A stretch of 64,000 bases of DNA from an uncultured virus (IMG/VR IMGVR_UViG_3300029319_005559) (taxonomy: Duplodnaviria; Heunggongvirae; Uroviricota; Caudoviricetes): the IMG/VR virus record IMGVR_UViG_3300029319_005559, one strand, 5' to 3'. The position numbers and the translations under genes are program-made. This document shows positions 1 through 12,200 of the stretch, one piece after another (position 1 is the stretch's first letter; every line of letters starts with the position of its first letter). Below the pieces are notes generated by a model that searched no databases, was not told the DNA's origin, and saw nothing but the letters and a program-made list of their open reading frames with translations.

Positions 1-1
1 A

Positions 2-694
2 GTTCTAGGTTACGATCTGAAGAAAGCAGCAAGCGTAGTAAAAAGAGAAAACACAAGGGTAGCAAAACTGATTGGGATTAATCCAGCAGCTAGATGTACA
101 ACCGTAAAGCCTGCAGGGACGACCTCTCTTGCATTAGGAACTTCATCGGGTATTCATGCATGGCACAACGATTATTACATCCGTAGAATCAGAGTTGGTA
201 AGAACGAAAGTATGTATAAATACTTAAACAAGTTTCACCCTGAGTTAGTTGAAGATGATTATTTTAGAGCTCACGACACTGCTGTAATTAGCATACCACA
301 GAAAGCACCTGAAGGATCTATACTTAGAGATGAATCACCATTTGACTTACTTGAACGTATAAAAAAAGTAGCTACTGAATGGGTTAAACCAGGTCATAGA
401 CGTGGGTCTAATACACATAATGTTTCTGCTACAGTTAGTTTAAAACAAGATGAATGGAAATATGCAGGTGAATGGATGTGGGAAAACAGAGATCATTATA
501 ATGGCTTATCTGTATTACCATATGATGGCGGAACTTATACTCAAGCACCGTTTGAAGATATAAGTAAAGTTAAATATGATTATATGATGAAGTCATTAAC
601 TGAAATAGATTTGTCAAACATATATGAAGGTGAAGATAACACAGATCTTTCTGGTGAGTTAGCTTGTGCAGGAGGCGCATGTGAAATAACATGA
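2..694 (+). CDS. nrdJ: Class II (B12-dependent) ribonucleotide reductase, C-terminal part (5' truncated)
   Basis: Frame is open from base 2: ...RCTTVKPAGTTSLALGTSSGIHAWH...; also HNVSATVS, GLSVLP and a C-terminal redox pair CAGGACEIT typical of monomeric RTPR. Confidence 0.9.
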   Translation, partial: VLGYDLKKAASVVKRENTRVAKLIGINPAARCTTVKPAGTTSLALGTSSGIHAWHNDYYIRRIRVGKNESMYKYLNKFHPELVEDDYFRAHDTAVISIPQKAPEGSILRDESPFDLLERIKKVATEWVKPGHRRGSNTHNVSATVSLKQDEWKYAGEWMWENRDHYNGLSVLPYDGGTYTQAPFEDISKVKYDYMMKSLTEIDLSNIYEGEDNTDLSGELACAGGACEIT

Positions 695-1410
695 AAGGAT
701 TATTATATACATTCTTAATAGGTGATCATGATAATTTACTCCCACCTCCAAATCAAAAGGGGTGGGATTTTATTTGTGTTACAGATAAACCAAGAAATGT
801 AAGTGGTTGGAAGTTTGTTAATTTAAAAGAAGAAGATATAGGTTCTGAAAATAAAAGAACAGCAATGACATGTATGTTTAACGTGTTTAATTATATAGAA
901 AAAGAATATGATATAATAATAACCATGGGTGCTAACATGTATGTTACTAAAGACCTTAACAAATTAGTTAAAAAAAATAATATATTAGAAAATGATATTG
1001 TATTTTTATCTCATCCTAATCGTAAATGTGTTTATCAAGAGATAAAAGAATTAGTAAAAAATCATAAAGAAAAAATAAATATAAACAATGTAGAAAAAGC
1101 TAAAGATTTTTTATTAAAAAATAATTATCCAGCAAACAATGGTTTATTTGCTACAGGAGTTATGTTTATAAATGGTAAAAAAAATATTGTTAAAGAATAT
1201 TTTAATGAGTTTAAAAAAGATTATAAAAAAGCTTTTTCTAAAAGAGATCAATTAATTATTAATTACAGTTTATACAAAAATTCAAAACGTTTACCAAAGT
1301 TAAAGTATAAAACAATTCCTTTTAAAGAAATAATAGCTTATCAACACAGGTTAAAATACGCAGGTAATGTAAGTTTTATTTGTGCACCACATACAGAAGG
1401 TTTTAAATAA
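691..1410 (+). CDS. DUF616-like (TOD1/MUCI70) glycosyltransferase-domain protein
   Basis: YTFLIGDHD, DFICVTD, HPNRKCVYQE and RDQL motifs; very AT-rich. Confidence 0.65.
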   Translation: MKGLLYTFLIGDHDNLLPPPNQKGWDFICVTDKPRNVSGWKFVNLKEEDIGSENKRTAMTCMFNVFNYIEKEYDIIITMGANMYVTKDLNKLVKKNNILENDIVFLSHPNRKCVYQEIKELVKNHKEKININNVEKAKDFLLKNNYPANNGLFATGVMFINGKKNIVKEYFNEFKKDYKKAFSKRDQLIINYSLYKNSKRLPKLKYKTIPFKEIIAYQHRLKYAGNVSFICAPHTEGFK

Positions 1411-1414
1411 AAAA

Positions 1415-1439
1415 AGGTGATTACTTATCGTAGTCACCT
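1415..1439. terminator. Bidirectional intrinsic terminator at convergent genes
   Basis: AGGTGATTAC-TTATC-GTAGTCACCT hairpin with an A-tract on the left and a T-rich tract on the right. Confidence 0.75.
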
Positions 1440-1509
1440 CTTCTCATTTTTAAATAATGTCTGTACAATATAAGTACGTAACTAAATTCTATACCTCCAC
1501 AAAGATATA

Positions 1510-2490
1510 TTAATAATTTTTGTAATATGTCCAATCAAATACACTTTCGTTTATAACTGCTAACGTATCAACTACTACGTTAGTACCAGGTTCTGCTACA
1601 ATATTCACATTACCTGTGTATGTAACATTACCATTTGCTTCACCTCTAAAATGCATGCGATTATTCTCGTGATATTCTATTTTGCAGTTTGTTATACTAA
1701 ACGTAGGATTATAAGATCCTTCACCTCCATCTAACTCTAAAACATTATTAGCAACGTAATCAGGTACAAGTAATACATTATTGATATTACCTCCATAGCC
1801 TTGATCCACGTCTACAAAATCATCTGCACATCCCCATACTAATAAGTTCTCTACATTTACACTTCCTCCAAATAATTCAATGCCATCATCTGCATTACCC
1901 ATTATTTCTATATTGTTAACTATTGTTCCGTCACCAATACATCCTAATGTTAAAGCATTAATTTCATTTCCTTCTCCTATATCAGATCCTCCATGTCTTA
2001 TAGATACGTAACTTAATATACCTGCATCATGATGTGGGTTATTACCTCCGTATAAACCTACTGTATCGTTAGCTGGTATACCTTCTATTTGCACGCGATC
2101 TACTTCACCTGGAAAACTACCAATTGCATCACCCAAAATAATAAGCCCACCCCACAAACCTCTTACAGATCTAGGTAAGTCATCACCGTCTGCTGTAAAT
2201 ATAATAGGTTGTTGTGGTGTACCAACTGCATTTATCTTAGCTCCGTTAGTTATTATTAAGCAACTTGCATTAGCACCAGTACCTGATCTACCTTTAATTA
2301 CTGTTCCAGGTTCTATGGTTAACGTGTAACCTGGCATTATACTTACTCGTCCACGTAGCATCCAATCTCTGTCTGCAGTTAACGTAGTATCATTATATAT
2401 TCTACCTGTTAAATCGTCAGTAATTATTTCTATTGGTTCTGGCTTAGTGCAACTACCTAGTAACAACAAAGCAATTAGTAATTTCTTCAT
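1510..2490 (-). CDS. Bacteroidota-type lipoprotein with predicted parallel beta-helix
   Basis: Lipobox signal MKKLLIALLLLGSC; GLWGGLIILG, GNEINALTLG, DDGIELFGG and DDFVDVDQGY motifs. Confidence 0.7.
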   Translation of the reverse strand: MKKLLIALLLLGSCTKPEPIEIITDDLTGRIYNDTTLTADRDWMLRGRVSIMPGYTLTIEPGTVIKGRSGTGANASCLIITNGAKINAVGTPQQPIIFTADGDDLPRSVRGLWGGLIILGDAIGSFPGEVDRVQIEGIPANDTVGLYGGNNPHHDAGILSYVSIRHGGSDIGEGNEINALTLGCIGDGTIVNNIEIMGNADDGIELFGGSVNVENLLVWGCADDFVDVDQGYGGNINNVLLVPDYVANNVLELDGGEGSYNPTFSITNCKIEYHENNRMHFRGEANGNVTYTGNVNIVAEPGTNVVVDTLAVINESVFDWTYYKNY

Positions 2491-2551
2491 ACAACAGTTA
2501 TCACACTATTGTCACTATGTTTCCTTAAGATAACATTAAGTAATTGTTAAT

Positions 2552-2578
2552 AAAAAGGGGATCGCTATGGATCCCCTT
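2552..2578 (-). terminator. Intrinsic terminator
   Basis: AAGGGGATC/GATCCCCTT stem followed by a U-run on the minus strand. Confidence 0.8.
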
Positions 2579-2611
2579 GGGTTACAGGAACTTTGGGTAT
2601 GGTGCCCAGTA

Positions 2612-3259
2612 TTAATTGTTCCCTATGTTGTTATAAAATTCTTTATCTATACAATGTTTATTAAACCATTCAAAGCTACCTGTTTTCTTCATATGAGGAT
2701 GTGGTTTATGTCCACCACCACCGTTTAAACCTATACCATGTTTAATACCTATAGCTAACACTTCATTTGGTGGAAAAAATAATCCACCTTTTTTCTGCTT
2801 ACCTTTTATTTTAAATATATGTATATCAAACCATGGATCCTCGTCTTTTGGATAAGTGTTATTGTAAGGTAACTTTACTAAAGAACAAAAAGCCGAAGCT
2901 CTTCCTGGGTGTCTCATGTATAATTTACCTTTACTAAATATATTATAATAGTAAGTTTCAAACACTCCAAACACGTCTGGTTTTAACTGTGCTTCCCATG
3001 CGCTAGTTAACCACTGTATATACTTAGGATGATACCAATCATCGTCTTCCCACAATAAAGCATATTCATGTCCTTTTTTTGTAGCTTCTTGTATTCCATG
3101 TTTATACCTCTGAGTTAAATCTTTATTATTAGATTTAGGTTCATAGTCTACAACTATAACTTCATCAGGTTGTTTTGTTTGAGATTTAATTATATTCCAA
3201 TATTGATCTTTGAAAACAGGTCTATCTCCTCTAGTTGGTGTTATTAAACAAAAACTCAT
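2612..3259 (-). CDS. GT2/GT-A fold glycosyltransferase
   Basis: LITPTRGDRP, QTKQPDEVIVVD and acidic WEDDDWY motif. Confidence 0.75.
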   Translation of the reverse strand: MSFCLITPTRGDRPVFKDQYWNIIKSQTKQPDEVIVVDYEPKSNNKDLTQRYKHGIQEATKKGHEYALLWEDDDWYHPKYIQWLTSAWEAQLKPDVFGVFETYYYNIFSKGKLYMRHPGRASAFCSLVKLPYNNTYPKDEDPWFDIHIFKIKGKQKKGGLFFPPNEVLAIGIKHGIGLNGGGGHKPHPHMKKTGSFEWFNKHCIDKEFYNNIGNN

Positions 3260-6200
3260 TAATCAATTACTATTATAGGTTTACTAGTAGATGTCTTAGA
3301 AGATGTAGCACTCACACCTCCGTCATCTATTATTATAGATTTATTTTTCTTGTCTCTTTTTTTATCTTTAGGTTTTATCTGCCACTCAGGCCAACCAGCT
3401 AACATAGCTACAGTCTGCCACCAATCTGTGTCTTCAGCAAAGGCTGCTTCTATATTATTAAATTTTTGCAACGCTCTATCAAGTGGTATGTTTGCCGCCG
3501 CTGATACAACTTTAGCAAAAGCTTCATAAGCAGGATTGTCTAAACCAAAACCTCCTTCAAATATTTTTTCTCTACGTTTCTTAGAATCAAACTGCCAAGC
3601 AGCTTGACGTAGCTTAGATATTTTACTACTTACTGGTGGACTAAATTGTAGCAACTTCCACATTGAATCCACATATTCTGGTCTTGATCTTCCTGATCTT
3701 TCGTATATATCTAATAAAAAGTTTTTAACTACAGATACTGCTTGACCTCCAATACCTAAACCTCTTAATGTAGAATCAAGCATTCCATTTAGTGTATCGT
3801 AATACTTTTCATTTTTCTTTTCATCATCTTCTTCATCATCTCCAAAACCTAAAGCAAATACAGCTTGTTGCATTGCGTTAAATATCAGATTCTGTACAAA
3901 ACCATAATATATAATTTTGCTTATATGTTCTCTAGCGTCACCCCTACCATTGACTAAATCTTGAAAAGCTCTTTTCTGTATACGAGCATACTGCATTGGT
4001 GTATTAGCAAATGCTAAAACAATACGACCTAAATCACTAGCTTGTTGTTGTGATATTTTATCTACTCTACTTGACTGTTGATTTTCCTCAGCAAGCTCTG
4101 CCCACTCTCTTAAAGCTATTTCTTCTGCTTGTTTTTTAGTATAAACTTTATTTCCTTCAGCGTCTGTTTCTTTTAATAAGTTGTTAATTCTATTTCTATA
4201 AAACGTAGCACCACCAGAAGCTATAGCAAAGCTATCCATAAACTGAGTAGGTAAATAACCTTTAGAAAGTATATAGTTTATAGCACTCTTAGCTTTATTT
4301 CTACTAGTTTTTGCAGCATCTAATATCTCTGACTCACTGATATTTATTCTTTGTCCATTACGTCTATCACGTAAGTAATCAGAGTTCATTAACATCATAA
4401 AGTCTTTCCAATACTGTGGTTGATTAGCAAATGCTTTACCCGCTTGTATAGGATTATTAAAACTCCAGTTAACATAGTTAATAGCAGATATAGTTTGTAA
4501 CACAGCTGATCTAGTATTGAAGAACATTATAGTACCAATAGAGCCATTTATATAATCCAATACTCTATTGCTTAATCTATTACCACCAGTTACTCTATTC
4601 TTACCAGACTTCATTCTACCTAGCATATTCTCTAAAGCTTCTCTATATTTAGCTCCATATATAGCTTCTAATTTATTTAAGTTTTCTTCACTAAAAATAA
4701 TGTCTGCATTTTCTTGCCATTCTTGCAAATACTTCTGGCGTTTAGTAGTATCAAGTAAATCTATAAGATCTGTAGTTATAGTACCAGCTAACCAGCTTTG
4801 ACCAGGTTTAGGGTATCCATCTCCTTTTGTTATAAGTAAAACTTGTTCCGCAAACAACTTTAAATCAGGATCATTAGCTACAATATCGTTTAGTTCTTTT
4901 AAATCTGTTTTAGACAAACCTGGAATATCATGACCCATAGCTGTGTACATATATACTCTTACAGCTTGCTCATTACTAAATCCAGTAGAATTAGTTTGTC
5001 TTAACTTCTTAGGTACATTTAAAGATTTTTTAAGTGCTTTAAAATCTTGCATTAAGTTTAATCTATCTTGTTGTAAGTTAGCCATACCTTTAGCCCATGG
5101 ATCTAATAAATTATCTTTAATCCATTTCATTTGCTGTTCACCTTTTTTACCTTTACCCAATATTGGATACATTAAACCTACAAAATCTTCAGCTGATGGT
5201 GGAATCCAGAACTTATATTTACCTTTCTTTTCACCTAGTATTTTAGCTTTAGCTTTTGAAAAAGTTTTTTCAGATCCAATTCCAGATTTATCTTCAAGTA
5301 TATTATTAAAGTCTGTACTAAGTTTTTTAGACTTTAACACTTTAGCTTGTTGTACTTTTGATTTAACATCTACTACGTCTAATACATCTTTAACAGCTTT
5401 AACATTTTTCATTGCGTCATCAGCAAAATAAAAATCATTGTAACCTTCAGCTGCTTTATCTACTATCCAATTAGCTTTAGCTTCAGGTGTAGAATTACCA
5501 AGTCCAACTATATTATCTATTTTAAACTCTAATCCTTCTGATTTCAAAAACTCATATATAGCTTGTTGAGATTCTGGAGCACGAGCTGTTAATACGAATA
5601 AATCTTCATTACCTCTAGCTGCTTTAATTTTTTCAGCAACTTCAAATAAAGGTCCACGTTTACCATCTCTAACTATATTAAAGTCACTAAAATCCATTAC
5701 TGCTCCTTCTTCTACTAGTCTTGCTCCATCTTTAGCAAACTCTTCAGCGGTAAGTTGAGCTCTTGTTCCGTCGGGCATTTCATAAAATACCAAACTATTT
5801 GTTTGAGCTAATGTATCATCAAAATCAAATACCCTAATTTTTTTAACAGGCGCGTTAGGATCTCTTGCTATACGTAGTGCTTCATCTAATGTAACAGCTT
5901 TACTTAATAAAGTTTCCATGTCCATTTTCTTGCTATGCAATACAACACCAGATTCACCTACTAAATTATCATTTAAGTTATTAGCTTGCTGTTGTTCGTT
6001 AGCTAAATCAGCAGCATACTTCTTAGCTATTTTAGTTGCTTCGGCTTTACTAATTTTATTAGAACCTATATCATATAAAAGCTTTTGTTGTAAAGATATT
6101 ACATTAGGAAAAGTTAATTGTTTAGTATTAAATACATTAGAACCTATATTATTTAGATCTGATATAGTTTTTGTTTTACCATCTAAGTTTACAAATAACT

Positions 6201-9200
6201 CATTAGGGTTTATACCTACTTGTCCATCAGGTCCTACTTTATTATTTACATCAGGATGAAAATACCTAACTAAAAATGTTTGAGGTGGAGTATCTTTGTC
6301 TATAGCATCTAACCAACTTTCAAAAAATCCATCAGGCATTACACTTTGAAAACCAGCTGCTTTAATCTTGTCGTCAGTATCTTTATTTATAAGTATTTGA
6401 AAATAGTTATCATTAACTAACTCCATAGCTTTATCAAGTGGAACTCCTTTCATCATAGCTTTAAATAAGAATTCTCCTATTTGATTAGCAGGTATAACAT
6501 GCTCTCTTTCTGGTTTTCTTTTGCCTTTCCATTTTGTTTCAAAGCCTACAGGATATCCTGCCATACGCATTATATGACCACTATTAGCTGACGATGTCTG
6601 TATTATTGCTGCAATGTATTTCGCGTTCTCAGGATCAGCCTTATACATTTTATTAAACTGTCTCCACAGTACTTCAAGACCTTCGTTCTTTAACTTCTTA
6701 GCTTCTTTCCATTTCTCGTTGTTAAATAATCTAGTGCCAATGTCCATGATTTTATTCCACCAGTTATTTACATTTTTACCTAACTCTTGTAAGGCTTGTA
6801 ATTCTCTGTTAGTTAAACCTAGATTTTTTAAATCTTGCTTAGCATTTACTTCACTTTGTATTTCACCTCTTCTTTGTGAAGTTAAGAACTGGCTTTTACC
6901 TTTACGATTATTAGCAAAAGTACCAGAGTTAATTAAAAATCCAGGTAAATAATTTGGAAAAGTTTCAAGCATGAAGTTTTCAAACGCTGCTATATCTTCA
7001 GGCACGGTTACCACACCTTTAGAATTAATAGACTTTAGTGGTTGTATACCAACGTCTTTTAATAACTTATCAATACCTTTTTTAGCAAACAAAGTATTAG
7101 GATCTCTTTGTACTTTCTCACTTATCTTTCCAATTTTATCTTTTACTTTAGAAACTCTTTTAACTACTGATGGTGTTACGTCTTTACTTACTACATCTAC
7201 AACACCTTCAGCTAATCCAGTTTTTCTTGTACCACGTAATCCACTACGCTTACCAGTTGTCGGACTAATAGGTGGAGCTAATAAATAGTCTATAAGTTCT
7301 TTAGTATCAAAATCTTTAAACGTATATAAGTTTACTCCTTGTGCAGTATTCTCTACATACACATCGTCTCTTCTCATGGCTGCGTCAATCTCTGCTTGAG
7401 TAGTTAATCTTCTAGGTGGATTAGTAAATATCCTGTTTTCAGGTTTTGTTTGACCTTCCATCCTAACAAACCATTGTATAGGAAAATACTCACGCATTTT
7501 TGGAGCTAACTTCTTAACAGCAAACTCATAGTTTTTACCTGTGCCTAATTTCTTTTTAGTAGCATCTGTCATCTTAGCCCTCTGTACATCAGTCATAAAG
7601 CCTTTATAATCTTTTTCGTTTACTTCAGGCATTTCACTTTCAAACATTTCAAATGCAGAAGTTTCAAACTCATCTTTTAATTGCTCATCAAATATTTCAG
7701 GAAAGTCTCTAGTTATTTTAGATCTAGGTGCAGGTTTAGCTTTTGTTTCAGGACCTGATACATCTTGAGGCTCAGCTGCTATCTCTCTAACTGCTTCATC
7801 ATCTTGTCTTACCTCTTGCTTTTTCTTAGCCGCCTCTTGTGCTAGCTTTTTTCTAGCATCCATAGATGCAAATCTAGTATCAGCAAATATTCTTTCACCA
7901 AATCCTTGTGGACCTACTACAGTTCCATCAGCTCTAGTTTCTTCAGGATTAAAATTAAATAATCTAAACAAAGTGTTTTCAATCATCTGATTACCTTCTT
8001 CTTGACTCACTTGTTTAGATCTTATATAATTATTTATAGCACCACCTGGTTGATTTAAAGCATCTATAATAGGTTTAGCTTTTCTTTCATCTCTAATAAA
8101 CGCATCATATTTTTCTTTAGTATCGATGTCGTCAGGTAATAAATTATTTATAGCTTCAAGAAGTGTAACGTCCTCAATACTCTTAGCTTTAAGTTGTGTT
8201 GCTGGTTCAACTGTTGTATCTACAGTCTCTTCTACTGCTACTTCTTCTGTTACTTGAGGTGCAACTGTTTGATCAGGCTTTGTTTGTGGTAACACAACTT
8301 CTCCTCTAGCAAATCTTTCCTGAGCCTTTGTTAAACCTTTACCTGATTCTAAAGCAAATATATAATCATCAATAAAAGTTTTTACATTTTTTCTATTTAG
8401 CTTAACATCTCTTAGCCCGACGTTTTGTAACATCCTTCTTATAGGCCTAACTAAATCTGATAATGAAGAACCTTTAAATCTATTGTTACCAGATTTTAAT
8501 TGAACATAGTAAGCCATAATTTCCTCAGCTCTATCAGCATCAGTATAACTTTCATCAGTATCGTACTTCTCTTGGATTTGTTTGCTAATTACACCAGCTG
8601 CTTCAGGATCTAGTCTTGCTATCTTTTCTAATAAAGAATTTGCAACTTGCCTTGCTATACCTGCGTTTTCTGGCTTACGCAAACCGTGGTGAGTATATAC
8701 GTGGAAACCCTCGTGTTGTTTAACTCCTTTTGCCGCTTCACTACTCATTAAAACTACACCTCTGCTAGGTATAAACTGACCTTCAGAAGCTTCGTTAAGA
8801 TCTTCAGGAGTAGTATTATAATCTTTAGCTACTTCATCTATATTAGACTCATCGTATACTATAACTTTAAAGTTTTCTGAATTAACTTCACTTAGTTTAT
8901 ACTGGCTTGGATCAAGTGTAAAGTTTTCTTGACCAGGTATTTTACGCATTTCCTCTTCTATCTTAGCTGCTTCTGCGTCTAATGTTTTTTGATCTGCACC
9001 ATCTAACATTAGATTACCTATTTGATCTAATGTAACATCTATGTTAGCGTTCTTTATAGCTTCATTATCTCTAGCTATTTTTTCATTTCTAGCTTTATTT
9101 ATTTGCTCATTAACAAGCCAGGTTTTCATACCACCATTAGCTAAATCTTCTTCAATAACTCTTTCTATAGCTTGCTCTCTGTTCTGTATTTCAATTCTTT

Positions 9201-12200
9201 GCTGTTTAGAAGTAGATTGATCTTCAGACATATTCTTCTTTAAGTTGTTTATTTCTAATTGTAATAAAGCAACTTTTTGTTGGGCATCTGGAGATATAGT
9301 TATTTCACCATTAGCATCGGTAGGTAAATTATTTATTATGCCTTCTACTTCTTCTAAATTTTTTAAACTATTATTATATGCTTCTATAGTTATTTTATTA
9401 TTAGCATATTCTGTTTTTAGTCTTTCCTTGTAAAGCTTATTTAAAGTTTTATTTTTTATTAAGTTAAAAGATGTTGCTAAATAATCTGAGTTTCTTTTAT
9501 TATATCTAGTCTCACTAATACCATTAGCAGTAGCACCTATCAAAGTTAAAGGAAGTGTTGCTATTGAAGTTACTTTAGCTATTTGAGTAACTCTGTCTGT
9601 CATTTCCTTACTAAAGTAATCAGGTGTTTCAAAAAACTTCTTTTGTTTTATATCTCTTAATCCGTTAGTAGCGTCTTGACCTAGTACTTGCCAATACTCT
9701 TGAGCAACTTCAGTAGTAACCTCACCACCAACACCAACTGTTACTTTAAATATACCTTTAGAAATCATATCTTCTATTTCTCTATAAGCAAGATTTCTAA
9801 ACTCTACACCACTTAATCTATTAGCGCCAGGTATTTTACTTAAAATTCTACCAGTTAAACTTTGCGAGACAAGTGACTTTTGAAAAGCTGATTTAAACTC
9901 GCCAAGACCTACCTTTTCTAATATAGCTGTACCTGCTCCTACAAAAGTTTTATAAAATAATTTTTCTTCATCAGATAATATAACATCGTCATAGTTAGGA
10001 TTTAAAACTTTATTACCTTCCTCATCTTTAACTATACTTCCATCTGGATTACGTTTGTACATTAGTTGTTCTTTCATATGCTCAACTTCTGTATCAATAC
10101 CAGTCATTACCTTACCAGACGCTGATAAACCAAAACCAATACCAGGTGCAAATGGTAATGCAGCTGTTCCTAATATGAAGTCACTAGCCATATCTATTAT
10201 TACACCAGCTCCTTGTCCCCACTCGCTTTCTTCAAATCTAGCTGCATATGTAGGATCTATATTATGTTTTCTATACTTTTGATTAAAGTTTATATTAGCA
10301 GCGTTTCTGGTTCGTTCTATTATGTCATTCCACTCTTCTTCATTATCCATTTTAAGAACGTTCTTATCAAAAGCTTTCATTAATTCATTGCCATAAATTT
10401 TTAATCCAACCATTGAATCCTTAAACCCTTCAAAAAATCTATTATGAACCCAGTCAGTAAATGAACCTCTACCAGCGTTGTTAACTGCCCACTCTTCATA
10501 TGTAATTATAGAAGCATCTATAGCAGCTTCTGCTTTATCAACTGATTGATTTAATCTAATATTGGTAGATACAAGATTATTATACTTATTAGTTATATCA
10601 GTATATTGGTCAGCATAAGAATTAAATTCTTCTAAAAATGTTTTACCACCTCTGTTCTCGTATTTTTTATAAGCTTTTTTATAATCCTTTTCTTTGTCTT
10701 TAAGATACTCTTCATTATCTTTTACAATTTGTTGATTTCTAATTATATCTTTTCTAAGTTGATTAGATAATCTAACTATAGGTTGTATCCTATTTAAAGT
10801 TTGTTGATCTTCAATAACACCATCTCCATCAGGATCAGCTTTTTCTATAGCTACTTGTAAGTCCTCATATTGAGTATATACTTTATTTATTTTATCTATA
10901 GCTTGGTCAGTTTCTTTTCTAACCTTTTGATAATCTTCATCACCTTGTAAAGTTTGAAAAGCTTCATTTAAATTTTTAATTATCGGAGAATTCTTTTTAA
11001 AGTAAGATTGTATCTCTTTTATCTCTCCTTCTAACTGACCTTGTATTTTTGTGTTTTGATTTATTTGTATAACACTTTCATCTGCTTCTTTTATTTGTGC
11101 TTCTACAAAAGCAGGTGTAGGTGATTTAACTACATTTAAAGCATCGGTATTAAAATAAGGTATACCTTGATTACCATCTGCATCTGCTTGTGCTTTGCCT
11201 TGCATCCAAGTAAAAGCTTCTTTTAAATTATCAGTATATTTATTTAATTGCCATCCATCAGTGTCTTGTGTCCAGTTATTCCACGTATTATCTATATAAG
11301 TTTTTTCGTCTCTAAATAAACCTATTGGCCCTCTTTTAATAAAACCTCTTAAACCTACATTTCTATCTTCTGTATAATCTATAGGATTTCTATTTGTAAC
11401 TGGTAGCAATACAAAATCAGAACCTTCTTTTGGCTTAGCTTGTCCACTTATCTTATCTAAAACGTTTATATCTTTTATCTTACCATCTTTGTCTGTTAAT
11501 TCTTCAAACTCTGGTCTATAATAAACTCTTATGTTGTTAGCAAAGGAAGTGGCATCACTTCCTCTCATAGCTTGATTTTCACTTTCTAAATCTTCATCAT
11601 ACATGAAGTAAAAACCAAACGGGCCGAATGTTTCGTTTAATAACTCAGCTGATTCATAAGGTCTTTCAGCTTCTGAAAATGTACCTTTAGCTCCTTCATA
11701 TCTATATCCTGTAGGCATATTTACAAAGTCAAATAAAGCTTGAGCTGGAGCATTAGCAAAGTTACTAGTTATTTCTAAAGGAGCATTGTTAAAGTCATCT
11801 ATCTTTAATAAATTATCATATTTATAACTACCATCATTAGTCTCTTGATCAAGTATGTTAAAGTTATAGTTAGCTAACTCTGCTGTGATCTTATCTTGAT
11901 ATAAATCTGTAGCTTTTCTTTTTTCATTTTCAACTTCTTCTGGATCAACTAAAGTTTGAAATGGTTGAACATAGTCAATACCAAATCCTGTTTCAGCTGA
12001 TGCTAGTTTAGTTTGTTGATCAAACTCACTAAGTAAAACAGTAGGTCTATAGCCTTGTAGCTTACCTTTTTTATCATACACTTCTTTCGCTACTACTAGT
12101 TGTCTTTTAACAGTTAGTTCTGCTTCTGGATCTATATCTTCTTCTGTTAATAATATTTCTTTTTGCAGATCTTTGCAAGCTTCTAAAGATTGATCTTGCA

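Noticed and set aside
5813..5840. DFDDT in the giant protein as a crAss-type virion RNA polymerase DxDxD motif
   Set aside because: The context is hydrophobic strand-DxDxT with downstream T, K and DD, which fits HAD and not the two-barrel polymerase motif
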